A stretch of DNA of 60,522 bases, taken from NCBI GenBank assembly GCA_964594735.1, contig CAZQMS010000001.1:1-60522 (forward strand), read 5' to 3'. This DNA is from an uncultured Candidatus Saccharibacteria bacterium. GTDB taxonomy: Bacteria; Patescibacteriota; Minisyncoccia; Phycocordibacterales; UBA2100. Positions 45,083 through 53,841 of the stretch are shown piece after piece (within the stretch, counting starts at the first letter, position 1; each line of letters opens with the position of its first letter). The notes beneath the pieces were generated by a model. The model ran no database searches, was not told the DNA's origin, and was given only the letters and a program-made list of their open reading frames with translations. Position numbers and translations under genes: made by a program.

Positions 45083-46519
45083 CTATTTGGGGAGGTTGGA
45101 TGGTGCGGTCGCTTTGGTCGACGGAATGCGGCGGAGACCCGGCACCTGCACAGTGCTGCTCGGCGGATGCCAGAGCGTGGCAAGCGTTTCATTCGTAAGA
45201 ACGTTCGTCGGGATCACCCATGGTGTGTGGAAAAAGCTTCTGCGCCGAAAAGCATCGAGCGCGCGGCGTATCTGGTTGTTGAAGCGAAGGTCTGCGACAT
45301 CCTGCCACGGGTAATCGAAATCGCAGCTCCACCGACGCGGACGTAGCTGTGACAGATAGCTTGGATTACCAATTGGCTTCCAGAGCCAGCGCATGCCCGT
45401 GTATGTCGGCCCGTGCAGGTGGCCGTTGCCTGAGATATAGATGGCGCGGCCGCCATACTCAAAAGGGTACTTGCCCAAATGTCGCTCCATAGAACGCAGC
45501 TGCTCCTGCTGCCGCCACGAGGGACGCGCCTGCGGGGCACGCTCGAATTCCATGTGAAGTTCTTTCTCGACTGCCGCAACTGCGTCAGCGCTCACCGTAG
45601 CCGCTTTCGCGCGAATCTTTTCTACCTCGTCTTGGACTGCGTGAATCCACTCATGATCTTCCTCCACCTGGAAAAGGATTCCTTTGTTGCCGCACTTGCG
45701 TATCACGTGCTGTACCCAAATCTGCTCGTGCGGCTCGATGTTGCCGATAAATTCGAGCACCGTCGCGAGCGGGTCTACACGGTACTCTGCCTTGGGGTCT
45801 TTATCGAGCTCGAAATCCACGTATGAGCGTGGTTGATATGCGTTGATGTGGAAGTCATCCGCTTTGATGTTGTGATAGCACTCAAGCCGCCATTCAGCTG
45901 CGAATGCCGCGTGCTTGCTTGGGTCAAACTCAAACTTCGTCGCGTAGTCCTCGACCTCATGCAGCTCGACCTCCGGGTACTGCCCGTAGATGGCACTCTC
46001 AACTTCTGTCTTGTAATTCTTCCAGCACCAGATAAAGAAATGTATCTCGCCTCCGAAGCTTGCCATCTCAAAGGAAAAGAAAGGTCGTACCTGCCCTTTC
46101 CACGCGCGATGTATAAAGGTCGTCTCGCCCGATGATATGGAGAAGAGCGAAAACGCTATTTCCATCGCGCGCGGCGATTTATCTATTTCGCGCGGCACCT
46201 TGAGCTCGAGCAAGATCGGATTGCGACCAGAGAGAAAAAGCGAGTGGACATACCATATCCAGACACGCCACGCGCCCATGATGAGTACTACAGGGAGCCA
46301 AATCGGCGATGTACCGATAAGCCAGTTGAATGTGTAGAGCGGCAAATGCGGAATGAGGTGTACAAGCCAGAGATACTCCGCGACAAAAAGAATCCCTAGG
46401 AAGAGCGCGCGAGATACCCCCCAATCACCCATCCACTTAACCCAACTACCAAGATCAAAGAATTTGACACCGAGTTTATCTTGCAGCTTATTGAGAGGAC
46501 CGCCACCATGTGCTGACAT
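45083..46519 (-). CDS. large conserved-looking membrane protein of unknown function
   Basis: The ATG at 46519 gives 478 aa and avoids overlap with the upstream gene. 2-3 N-terminal TM helices, then LLELKVPREIDKSPRAMEIAFSLFS and a Trp/His-rich soluble region. No P-loop. Confidence 0.6.
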   Translation of the reverse strand: MSAHGGGPLNKLQDKLGVKFFDLGSWVKWMGDWGVSRALFLGILFVAEYLWLVHLIPHLPLYTFNWLIGTSPIWLPVVLIMGAWRVWIWYVHSLFLSGRNPILLELKVPREIDKSPRAMEIAFSLFSISSGETTFIHRAWKGQVRPFFSFEMASFGGEIHFFIWCWKNYKTEVESAIYGQYPEVELHEVEDYATKFEFDPSKHAAFAAEWRLECYHNIKADDFHINAYQPRSYVDFELDKDPKAEYRVDPLATVLEFIGNIEPHEQIWVQHVIRKCGNKGILFQVEEDHEWIHAVQDEVEKIRAKAATVSADAVAAVEKELHMEFERAPQARPSWRQQEQLRSMERHLGKYPFEYGGRAIYISGNGHLHGPTYTGMRWLWKPIGNPSYLSQLRPRRWSCDFDYPWQDVADLRFNNQIRRALDAFRRRSFFHTPWVIPTNVLTNETLATLWHPPSSTVQVPGLRRIPSTKATAPSNLPK

Positions 46520-46601
46520 GTGAAAAATTATAGCATCGCGCTGCCCGTATAAATACGAACGCGCCCCGACAGGGGCGCGCTCTTGAGCACATTGTGCAGA
46601 A

Positions 46602-47624
46602 TTACTTTGCGAGCGCGTATTTGCCATCGCTCTGGCGGACGAACATCGGATTCTGGAGATTGACTGCGATGGTCGCGTCTTTGACGTAACGCTCGCGTTT
46701 TACCCTATCGACGATTTCTTCGCGCGTCAGTGCGCCCTCTCGCTCGAGAATGCCGCGTATCACATCGCGCACGACACCCGGTTCGTAGCCCCACTCTTTG
46801 AGTGCGTACAGGCCCCGTCCCACGAGCACAAAGCGACCGTCCTTGATGAGTTCATTGTGCGTGGTCGCAGGATGTGTCTCGCGCCCGAAGAGCTTCTCGA
46901 TGCCTTTCGCCACTTCGGTGAAGTGCATGGGTGAACCATGGCGCTTGAGCGTGAGGTAGGCAAAGTCGCGGGTGTTCTTGATGCGCACGTGCGGAGACTC
47001 GGTGCGACCCCACTCCCCGAGCGGGTTGCGGCCAATGCGCTTCGAGATGTGCAGCCATCGAAGCATGACCTCGTTGTCGCGCCCTTTTACTCCAGCCTGG
47101 CGAAGATGCTTGCCAAATGCCGCGAGGAATTCTTCCTCCGGCGTGAGCTTGTTGGACTCGAGTGACTCGTACAGATTCGTGAGTGCCTCTTCCACCTGCT
47201 CGGCGAGCTGCTCGTCGATGTGCCAGCGCGTCTTGAAGTCCGCATTCTCGCGCCTGTCGTCGAAATGATGTCCGACGGTAAGAAGAAAAATGACATGGTT
47301 GTGGTCCGCATCGTTCTTTGCGACATGGCCGAGGAGCGACTCCTGCGAGAGGATGCCGCCGAGCGTCTGTACTGCTTTTTTGAGCTCTTCGAGCGCGTGT
47401 GCAAACTCAGCGTATGCATCAGAATCGCGCACCGCAGCGATACCATGATTCTCAATCTGGCGGATGCGCTCTCGCGTAATGCCGTATTCCTGACCAATAG
47501 CATCGAGCGTGCGCTGCTCACCCTTCGGCGAGAGACCGAAGCGGTCGATAAGCACCTTGCGGGAACGCTCAGGAAGCTCCGAAAGGAGCTCTTTGGTGAT
47601 GTTCTTGGGGGTAAAGCTAATCAT
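46602..47624 (-). CDS. DNA-binding protein with a sigma-70 region-4-like HTH and a HARE-HTH-like C-terminal domain
   Basis: 340 aa. LPERSRKVLIDRFGL...RTLDAIGQEYGITRERIRQIENHGIAAV (sigma r4-like). C-terminal MHFTEVAKGIEKL...HNELIKDGRFVLVGRGLYALKEWGY (RpoE-delta/HARE-HTH-like). Confidence 0.6.
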   Translation of the reverse strand: MISFTPKNITKELLSELPERSRKVLIDRFGLSPKGEQRTLDAIGQEYGITRERIRQIENHGIAAVRDSDAYAEFAHALEELKKAVQTLGGILSQESLLGHVAKNDADHNHVIFLLTVGHHFDDRRENADFKTRWHIDEQLAEQVEEALTNLYESLESNKLTPEEEFLAAFGKHLRQAGVKGRDNEVMLRWLHISKRIGRNPLGEWGRTESPHVRIKNTRDFAYLTLKRHGSPMHFTEVAKGIEKLFGRETHPATTHNELIKDGRFVLVGRGLYALKEWGYEPGVVRDVIRGILEREGALTREEIVDRVKRERYVKDATIAVNLQNPMFVRQSDGKYALAK

Positions 47625-47819
47625 ATTGATTGGCGCCAGTAGGCTAAAATTTGACTATTTGTATACCTGTGGCTTTGTTTTATCAAACCCTAGCCTACCC
47701 GTCAAGTACCTTGCCCTGAGGGGTACCGCCAGACCTTGTCCACAGGCATCCACAGAAAAGTCACAGAATTGCATTGGCGTTGTCGAAGCCCGAAAACGCC
47801 ACCGTGCTACCATCGCTTC

Positions 47820-49217
47820 ATGGCCACTGGAAGAGTCCCCGTCCCACCGCAAGATATTGAGATGGAAAAAGCTCTATTGGGAGCGCTTCTCCTCAATCCG
47901 AGTGCCGTATACGAGATCGTCGACATCATTGGCATTGATTCCTTTTACGTTGCGAAGCACCGCACGATTTTTGATGCAATGCTCACCTTGCACGCAAAGG
48001 GCGAACCCATAGACGTGGTCACGGTCTCAGGCAAACTCAAAGAGCGAAAGCAGCTCGCCGACATCGGCGGCGGCGCGTACCTCTCTGAGATCGCTGGCTC
48101 AGCCGCATCGCCCGGCAGCTCGCGCCACTATGCCCAGAGCGTGCAGACGAAATTTGTTCTCCGCTCACTTATCGATGCTGCGGCAAAAATCGGTGAGCTC
48201 GGCTTTCAGGAAGACCGCGACATCGAGCAAGTGCTCGACGAGGCGCAGTCGACGATTTTCCAGGTCTCAAATTCGCCAATGCTTCAGTCGTTTACAGCCA
48301 TCAAAGACGAGCTATCTGAAGCCTGGGAGCGCTTGGAATCGCTCCAAAAGCACCAAGGTGCGATGCGCGGTGTCCCCACGTGCTATCCGGCGCTCGACAA
48401 CATGCTCGCGGGTCTGCAAAAATCCGACCTCATCATCCTCGCTGCTCGCCCCTCGATGGGTAAGACATCACTCGCGCTCGATATTGCTCGCATGACAGCG
48501 ACGAAACATAAGACATCTGTGGGAATCTTCTCACTTGAAATGAGTTCACAGCAGCTGGTGGACCGCATGCTCGCGGCGCAGGCCGGTGTGAATTCCTGGC
48601 GCCTTCGCACGGGTAAAATTTCTCGCGACGATGAGTACGATAGGCTGCAAGACGCGATTGCGCAGCTATCCGACGCACCGATTTACATCGACGACAAACC
48701 CGGCATGACCGTGCTTTCAATGCGCTCCGTCGCTCGTCGCCTCAAGATGGAGCGTGACCTGGGGCTTGTCATAATCGACTACCTTCAGCTAATTACACCG
48801 AGCGGCTACAAGTCGAGTGACTCCCTTGTGCAGCAGGTCACAGAAATATCTCGCTCACTCAAGGCAATGGCACGCGAACTCGACGTGCCCGTCCTCGCAC
48901 TCTCTCAGCTCTCGCGCGCGGTCGAGCAGCGCGGCGGCAAGCCTCGCCTTTCCGACCTGCGCGACTCTGGCTCTATCGAACAAGACGCAGACGTGGTCAT
49001 GTTCATCCACCGCGAAGACATGATGGGCAACAGAAGCGGCAATGAAAAAACGGGCATCGCGGAAATCCTCGTGGAAAAGCACCGCAACGGCCCCGTGGGC
49101 AAGGTAGACCTGCGTTTCGACGAAGAAAAGACCACGTTCCTCCCCATTGACAAAAGCGACTTCGGCGACTTTGTGACCGAGGCGCAAGTGGGCGGCGGCG
49201 AGAGTGCTCCGTTCTAA
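47820..49217 (+). CDS. dnaB: replicative DNA helicase
   Basis: The ATG at 47820 gives MATGRVPVPPQDIEMEKALLGALLL. Walker A ARPSMGKTS, plus IIDYLQL and SQLSR. 465 aa, no intein. Confidence 0.95.
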   Translation: MATGRVPVPPQDIEMEKALLGALLLNPSAVYEIVDIIGIDSFYVAKHRTIFDAMLTLHAKGEPIDVVTVSGKLKERKQLADIGGGAYLSEIAGSAASPGSSRHYAQSVQTKFVLRSLIDAAAKIGELGFQEDRDIEQVLDEAQSTIFQVSNSPMLQSFTAIKDELSEAWERLESLQKHQGAMRGVPTCYPALDNMLAGLQKSDLIILAARPSMGKTSLALDIARMTATKHKTSVGIFSLEMSSQQLVDRMLAAQAGVNSWRLRTGKISRDDEYDRLQDAIAQLSDAPIYIDDKPGMTVLSMRSVARRLKMERDLGLVIIDYLQLITPSGYKSSDSLVQQVTEISRSLKAMARELDVPVLALSQLSRAVEQRGGKPRLSDLRDSGSIEQDADVVMFIHREDMMGNRSGNEKTGIAEILVEKHRNGPVGKVDLRFDEEKTTFLPIDKSDFGDFVTEAQVGGGESAPF

Positions 49218-49224
49218 GCTGGAT

Positions 49225-49488
49225 TCAAGTCGTACTGAGGTACGCAATACCCAAAGCGACAAGACCGTAGCCTAAGAGAAGGTACAAGGTTTCTGCGCGT
49301 TCCGGCAGTCGACGAACAATTACGTACCATGAGGCGCAAACGAATACGGTCGCTGCGGCGGCATAGGCGTAATTACCTATAGTAAATGTGAGGTAACTCG
49401 CGCTCGCCTGCCAGGTTAAAAGCAGGGTTGAAATAAGAAAATTGATCGTAGCTATAACCGCGAGAACGACGAGTCCCAGAGTCCTCAT
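49225..49488 (-). CDS. small 3-TM membrane protein, hypothetical
   Basis: The ATG at 49488 is preceded by aggtg. 87 aa, hydrophobic throughout. Convergent with dnaB. Confidence 0.45.
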   Translation of the reverse strand: MRTLGLVVLAVIATINFLISTLLLTWQASASYLTFTIGNYAYAAAATVFVCASWYVIVRRLPERAETLYLLLGYGLVALGIAYLSTT

Positions 49489-49529
49489 ACACACCTACAG
49501 TATCATGTTCTTTCGGCTATACTCGGGCA

Positions 49530-50135
49530 ATGGACGCGATAGAACGACTCTCCCGCCTCTTTGAGAAGTTCCCCGGCATCGGTCCGAGGCAAGCCGGCCG
49601 CTTCGTCGCATACCTCCTCCGCAGTTCCCCATCGCTGCGTCGCGAGATCATCGATGCGATTCAGGAGCTCGGCAGCGGCGTGCGGCAGTGCGAGAGCTGC
49701 ATGCGCTACCATGCGGGCGATAAGAAACTCTGCGGCATCTGCGCGAATCCGGAACGTGACGCGGCAGTGCTCGCCATCGTCGCATCCGACTCCGACCTCG
49801 CCGCACTTGAGCGCAGCGGCACCTACCGAGGTACATACTTCGTGCTCGGTGGGACAATTTCGCTCGCCTCGGAGAAAACATCGGGACTTCGCGTCAAGCA
49901 GCTACTCGACTCGCTTGCAGGGCGCATAGAGGCGGGACTCACTGAGGTCATTCTCGCGTTCCCCGCCAACCCGGAGGGCGACGCGACAGCCGCGCGTCTT
50001 CAATCCGAAATATCTGAATCTTACAAAGGGTTCCCCTTTGTAATTTCCACGCTCGGGCGCGGGCTATCGACTGGGAGCGAGCTTGAGTACGCCGATCCCG
50101 AAACCATCAAGGCCGCCCTTGACTCCCGCAAGTAG
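49530..50135 (+). CDS. recR: recombination protein RecR
   Basis: 201 aa. FPGIGPRQAGRF (HhH), zinc finger CESCMRYHAGDKKLCGIC, Toprim region. Confidence 0.95.
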   Translation: MDAIERLSRLFEKFPGIGPRQAGRFVAYLLRSSPSLRREIIDAIQELGSGVRQCESCMRYHAGDKKLCGICANPERDAAVLAIVASDSDLAALERSGTYRGTYFVLGGTISLASEKTSGLRVKQLLDSLAGRIEAGLTEVILAFPANPEGDATAARLQSEISESYKGFPFVISTLGRGLSTGSELEYADPETIKAALDSRK

Positions 50136-50145
50136 GCCTTCCCTG

Positions 50146-50170
50146 CTTGTGCAAGTCAGACTTGCACAAC
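50146..50170. repeat. REP-like palindrome, copy 3 (24/25 arms, centre base flipped)
   Basis: cttgtgcaagtc-a-gacttgcacaa(c), 10 nt after the recR stop. Same arms as 24750 and 25517, with centre a instead of t. Confidence 0.85.
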
Positions 50171-50288
50171 CGCTCCGCAGCTACGTCTGTCTAGGGGAGT
50201 CCTAGACCAACTGGAGCAGAAAGGCTGCTGGACTCCCGTCGGTAGTACGATAGGCTGGTTCAAGTCGCGCCTTTCCAGGAGAACTCGA

Positions 50289-50603
50289 ATGCACGAACAG
50301 CTCACCCCCCTCAATGCGCCTGACGACCCACTGCTTGCGGCGTTTATGAAGGACCAGATTATACTGACGGCCAAGATTTCCGCATTGGTCGCGGGTATTG
50401 CATCCGTAACGATGGCGACAGGCCAGTTCAGCCTTGGTCTTCTTGGAATGTTGTTCGTCGCCAAATGGTGGAGCGAGCTTTACGCAACGCGTAAGCGAAT
50501 TGCTAACGGTCGGTTTGGCGACGGCGAGGATGACCACGATCGACTCAACTGCTTCCTTGCGGCGCATGCTGGTCGCCGTGTCGATGGCATCTTGCTCGAT
50601 TAA
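50289..50603 (+). CDS. hypothetical small membrane protein
   Basis: 104 aa. ggag lies 7 nt before the ATG. Two hydrophobic segments (ISALVAGIASVTMA, LGLLGMLFVAKWW). Followed by the bidirectional hairpin at 50648. The overlapping 138-aa minus-strand ORF looks like a shadow. Confidence 0.5.
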   Translation: MHEQLTPLNAPDDPLLAAFMKDQIILTAKISALVAGIASVTMATGQFSLGLLGMLFVAKWWSELYATRKRIANGRFGDGEDDHDRLNCFLAAHAGRRVDGILLD

Positions 50604-50647
50604 TGCCAAACGGCTCATACCTGTCTGAGCCGTTGAGTCCCAACGAA

Positions 50648-50670
50648 AAGGCCGCCCGATGGGCGGCCTT
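50648..50670. terminator. bidirectional intrinsic terminator (rplU on the minus strand; 50289 ORF on the plus strand)
   Basis: aaggccgccc-gat-gggcggcctt, a perfect 10-bp stem. The minus strand continues ttttcgtt and the plus strand continues ctgtttt. 5 nt from the rplU stop. Confidence 0.75.
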
Positions 50671-50675
50671 CTGTT

Positions 50676-50990
50676 TTAGACGCTGGTGATGCGCACGCGG
50701 GCGTACGGCTGGCGGTGGCCCTTCTTCTTGGAGTAGCGGCTCTTCTCACGATAGCGAAGGACAATCTTCTTGGCATCCTTACCTGTCTCGACGAGCTCGC
50801 CCACGACCTCTGCGCCCTTTACATACGGTGCGCCCACGGTGGTCTTGGAACCGTCGTCGGTGAGGAGGACCTTGTCGAAAGTAACCTTGGCGCCGACCTT
50901 GTCGACACCCATGGTTTCGATATCAATAACGCTGTCCTTGGTGACAACGTACTGTTTGCTGCCCGTTTCTATAATCGCTATCTTTGCCAT
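50676..50990 (-). CDS. rplU: 50S ribosomal protein L21
   Basis: The ATG at 50990 gives MAKIAIIETGSKQYVVTKD...RYREKSRYSKKKGHRQPY. Confidence 0.9.
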   Translation of the reverse strand: MAKIAIIETGSKQYVVTKDSVIDIETMGVDKVGAKVTFDKVLLTDDGSKTTVGAPYVKGAEVVGELVETGKDAKKIVLRYREKSRYSKKKGHRQPYARVRITSV

Positions 50991-51247
50991 ACGAGTGCGC
51001 GCACTATACGACAACTGCCAATTTCATGCAAGACACGTCCTTGAGCCTAGGTATAATGCGCGCGGCTGGGGGCGTATGGAGCCCCCCATGAAGACCGCTC
51101 GATACACCGAGCGCAACAAGAACAAGTCCCTCTGGATAGAAAACTTAAAGATTATTGCCGGAGGATTTGGCCTGGCAACCCTGGTAATCCTCGCGGCCGT
51201 ATATGCGCTCGCGTGACTCGTGACCCGGCCAAGCGGCCGGGTCCTTT

Positions 51248-52348
51248 TTACTCGCTGTCGAGCGCCGGTCGCTCCACCGTTTCCATCTCCCCAATCTTCA
51301 ACGTGCTGTCCTCGGTAATCCTGACCACGTCCTTGTTGATGGACTTGAACGCCTTGCCCGCCTTTTCGTAGTGACCAACGGCAGCGCTCAGCGACTTGCC
51401 CATGCTGTCGTGCGAATCCTTGTAGGCATTGAGGTGCTTGCCGAGCTCAGAAACATTCTTGATGATGTCTTTTGCGGTCTCCTGTATCTTTGCGCGCTGA
51501 TTGCCGAAGAGAATCGTCTGCAGGTACGCCAAAAATGTCGTCGGCGACGCGATGACGACGTTCTTCTGCTGGTACGCGTACTCGATAAGGTCGCGTGAGC
51601 TCACGCCCACGCCCACGTCGTTGTTGAGGAGGTCGTAATAGATTCCCTCCGCTGGTATGAACATGATGGCGAATGGCATCGTCCCCTCCTCGGGGCGGAT
51701 GTATTTGGCCGTCTCATCGATACGTTTCTTAATGTCGTTCTTAAACTCTCGTCTATACGTATCCCGGCGCTGGTCGTCGGTCTCATCCACCAGACGCATG
51801 TAGTTCTCAAGCGGGAATTTCGCATCGACCGGCAGGATGCCGTCGCGCGTCTTTATGGCAAAGTCCACCTTTTCGCCGTCTTTGAAGAGGTACTGCGGCT
51901 CGTACTGCCCCGGAAGCACATTGGAGAGAATTAATTCAAGCGACGCTTCACCGAGGTTGCCGCGCTGCTTCTGATTCTTCAAGACGCTTTCGAGCGACTT
52001 GAGCTGCTCCGCGATGGTAAACACTTGCTTGGTCGACTCCTTGGTCTCTGATACGCCGCGCACTACTTCGGTCAGCTGCTGGGTGACGCGGTTGGTTATC
52101 TGGTCGAGCTGCTGTTGGATGTTCGAGATGGTTTTTTGAGACTGATCCGACTGTACTTTCATCCCCTCAAACATCCTGTCCGTCCCCTCGCCAAGTTTGT
52201 TGTCGAGATTCCGCTGCAAATCTTGTAGCTGGTTTTGCAGAAGTACGAGACTCTGTGTGTCCTGCTGTGGGGCTGCCGGTTTGCGCAGGAAAAAGAATGC
52301 GAGAAGTGCAAGATTGACCGCAAGAAGTCCGATAATAAGCCATTCCAT
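51248..52348 (-). CDS. rmuC: DNA recombination protein RmuC
   Basis: 366 aa. N-terminal TM, long coiled coil, RmuC nuclease-like core FAIMFIPAEGIYYDLL and VVIASPTTFLAYL. Confidence 0.9.
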   Translation of the reverse strand: MEWLIIGLLAVNLALLAFFFLRKPAAPQQDTQSLVLLQNQLQDLQRNLDNKLGEGTDRMFEGMKVQSDQSQKTISNIQQQLDQITNRVTQQLTEVVRGVSETKESTKQVFTIAEQLKSLESVLKNQKQRGNLGEASLELILSNVLPGQYEPQYLFKDGEKVDFAIKTRDGILPVDAKFPLENYMRLVDETDDQRRDTYRREFKNDIKKRIDETAKYIRPEEGTMPFAIMFIPAEGIYYDLLNNDVGVGVSSRDLIEYAYQQKNVVIASPTTFLAYLQTILFGNQRAKIQETAKDIIKNVSELGKHLNAYKDSHDSMGKSLSAAVGHYEKAGKAFKSINKDVVRITEDSTLKIGEMETVERPALDSE

Positions 52349-52405
52349 GCGGCGATTGTATCACGCGAGCCGTTCTGCTAAGGTCGCGAGCGGGAGGTAC
52401 GACTC

Positions 52406-52603
52406 ATGTGCGACAGACACTCTTACGTACAAGTCCTAGCCGTTCATTTGCACACGAATTCCAAGGGCAAATGGTATGTCGTGGTTACCGAACGCGATGA
52501 GCAATCGGGGCATGTACGGACGCGACACGCAATGAAGAATGGAGGGAGGCTTGAGTTCGACCCGTTCGACGAACAGCCTCTTGTGTTCGACGAGTACCGA
52601 TGA
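52406..52603 (+). CDS. hypothetical small protein
   Basis: 65 aa. gggagg lies 8 nt before the ATG, and a GC hairpin follows immediately. Confidence 0.45.
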   Translation: MCDRHSYVQVLAVHLHTNSKGKWYVVVTERDEQSGHVRTRHAMKNGGRLEFDPFDEQPLVFDEYR

Positions 52604-52608
52604 CTATG

Positions 52609-52632
52609 GGGGCCGCCTTCATGGGCGGCCCC
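52609..52632 (+). terminator. GC-rich hairpin, weak-T terminator
   Basis: ggggccgcc-ttcatg-ggcggcccc followed by ttcgctg. Confidence 0.45.
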
Positions 52633-52654
52633 TTCGCTGATATACTCTGCGCAT

Positions 52655-53107
52655 ATGCTTCAAGTACAGATAAAGGAAGACCTCAAGACGGCAATGAAAG
52701 CGCGCGACCAAGTATGCGTGGACACGCTGCGCGGTGCGCTCGCGGCATTCACCAACGAGCTCGTAGCCAAGGGTAAAAAGCCCACCGAGGAAATTACAGA
52801 CGCTGATGCCGTGACAGTGCTCAAGCGCCTTGCCAAGCAGCGCCAAGACTCCATCGAGCAGTTCACCAAAGGCAATCGACCCGAGCTTGCAGCAAAGGAG
52901 TCGCAAGAACTCACAATACTCAAGACATATCTGCCACAAATGGCATCGCGAGACGAAATCGTGAAAGTGGCACGCGCCAAGAAGGAGGAGCTCGGTGTCG
53001 CCGACGCTTCCGGTGCCGGTAAACTCATGGGTGCAGTCATCAAAGAGTTTGCCGGCCGCGCAGATGGCGCTGATGTGAAGGATGTGGTTCAGGGCTTGTT
53101 TTCATAA
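52655..53107 (+). CDS. GatB/YqeY domain-containing protein
   Basis: 150 aa. IKEDLKTAMKARD...DTLRGALAAF...LTILKTYLP...GKLMGAVIKE. Confidence 0.85.
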   Translation: MLQVQIKEDLKTAMKARDQVCVDTLRGALAAFTNELVAKGKKPTEEITDADAVTVLKRLAKQRQDSIEQFTKGNRPELAAKESQELTILKTYLPQMASRDEIVKVARAKKEELGVADASGAGKLMGAVIKEFAGRADGADVKDVVQGLFS

Positions 53108-53111
53108 CATA

Positions 53112-53146
53112 TTGACACTGGACGCGACTCTGTGTTGTGGTATAAT
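53112..53146 (+). promoter_or_regulatory. candidate extended -10 promoter (TGgTATAAT) with an upstream TTGACA at non-optimal spacing
   Basis: A perfect tataat at 53141..53146 is preceded by tg at 53138-53139. ttgaca at 53112..53117 lies 23 nt upstream. gagaaggga sits before the ATG at 53209. Confidence 0.5.
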
Positions 53147-53208
53147 TTAATGAGTATAGTTGCGTTTGTAGCGTTGCGTATCCCCCACTCCATGAGAAGG
53201 GATGCACA

Positions 53209-53418
53209 ATGGCTAATGTAGCGGCGCTCGCTGCGAGCGCACGTCGCAAGCTTTTGTCTGGTGATGCATTGACGGAAGTCGATGCCATCAGCAAAGCAAT
53301 TCGCGGAGCGGGCATCACGTACAAGCCCGACCATAAGCGCCTCATGCGCGAAGTGGGCAGGCGGTTCGCCCGTGACAAGGCGGATGCGGCGCGTGACGCA
53401 CGGCGCGGTGTAGCATGA
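53209..53418 (+). CDS. hypothetical small basic protein
   Basis: 69 aa, Ala/Arg-rich and predicted helical. ATGA overlap with the next ORF. Confidence 0.5.
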   Translation: MANVAALAASARRKLLSGDALTEVDAISKAIRGAGITYKPDHKRLMREVGRRFARDKADAARDARRGVA

Positions 53419-53795
53419 GCGACGAGGATTTCTTCACGCCGTTTGATGACACTGAGTACGCCGTAGCGCACCGGTATCTTCGAGGGCAAAAAGAATTTTT
53501 GCATCTCATGCCACCGCGAAAGACCCTGTATGTGGACTGGTTCCTCATGCGGGCAATCGGCAAGGAGGTCATGGCTCGGCGCAAGCCCGACTCAATACTT
53601 CCGATGCTCGTGAGCGACGTGGTTCGCGAATTCGTGCCCGACACGAATCCGCGAACACGAGAGCTGTACGAGGCCTATCGCAACGGCGTGATGAAGATGT
53701 TTAGCAGAAGACGACACCTGCGCGCATCATCACGCCGAGCGAGTCGCGAGAAGGTGCCAACGGCCGATGCAACCGGCCAGCAACGTCTGATATAA
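53415..53795 (+). CDS. hypothetical protein
   Basis: 126 aa, with an acidic N-terminus and a basic C-terminal tail. Translationally coupled to 53209..53418. A terminator follows directly. Confidence 0.55.
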   Translation: MSDEDFFTPFDDTEYAVAHRYLRGQKEFLHLMPPRKTLYVDWFLMRAIGKEVMARRKPDSILPMLVSDVVREFVPDTNPRTRELYEAYRNGVMKMFSRRRHLRASSRRASREKVPTADATGQQRLI

Positions 53796-53840
53796 CCGCG
53801 TAGGGATAGTAGCGTCTGTCCCCTACGCGGTTTCGTTTTT
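53795..53840 (+). terminator. intrinsic terminator
   Basis: accgcgtaggg...ccctacgcggt (11-bp stem, about 15-nt loop) followed by tttcgttttt. Sits between convergent genes. Confidence 0.65.
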
Positions 53841-53841
53841 G

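Noticed and set aside
24750-50170. Considered whether the repeated palindromes could be a CRISPR array, or the inverted repeats of a composite transposon.
   Set aside because: There are only three copies, 0.77 kb and 24.6 kb apart. Each is self-complementary, and there is no regular spacer pattern or cas genes. They fit REP-type elements instead.
50202-50618. 138-aa minus-strand ORF overlapping the 104-aa plus-strand ORF.
   Set aside because: The plus-strand frame has a GGAG at the right distance, two TM-like helices, and is followed by a terminator. The minus-strand frame would have to start inside the rplU terminator region and has a biased Arg/Cys composition.
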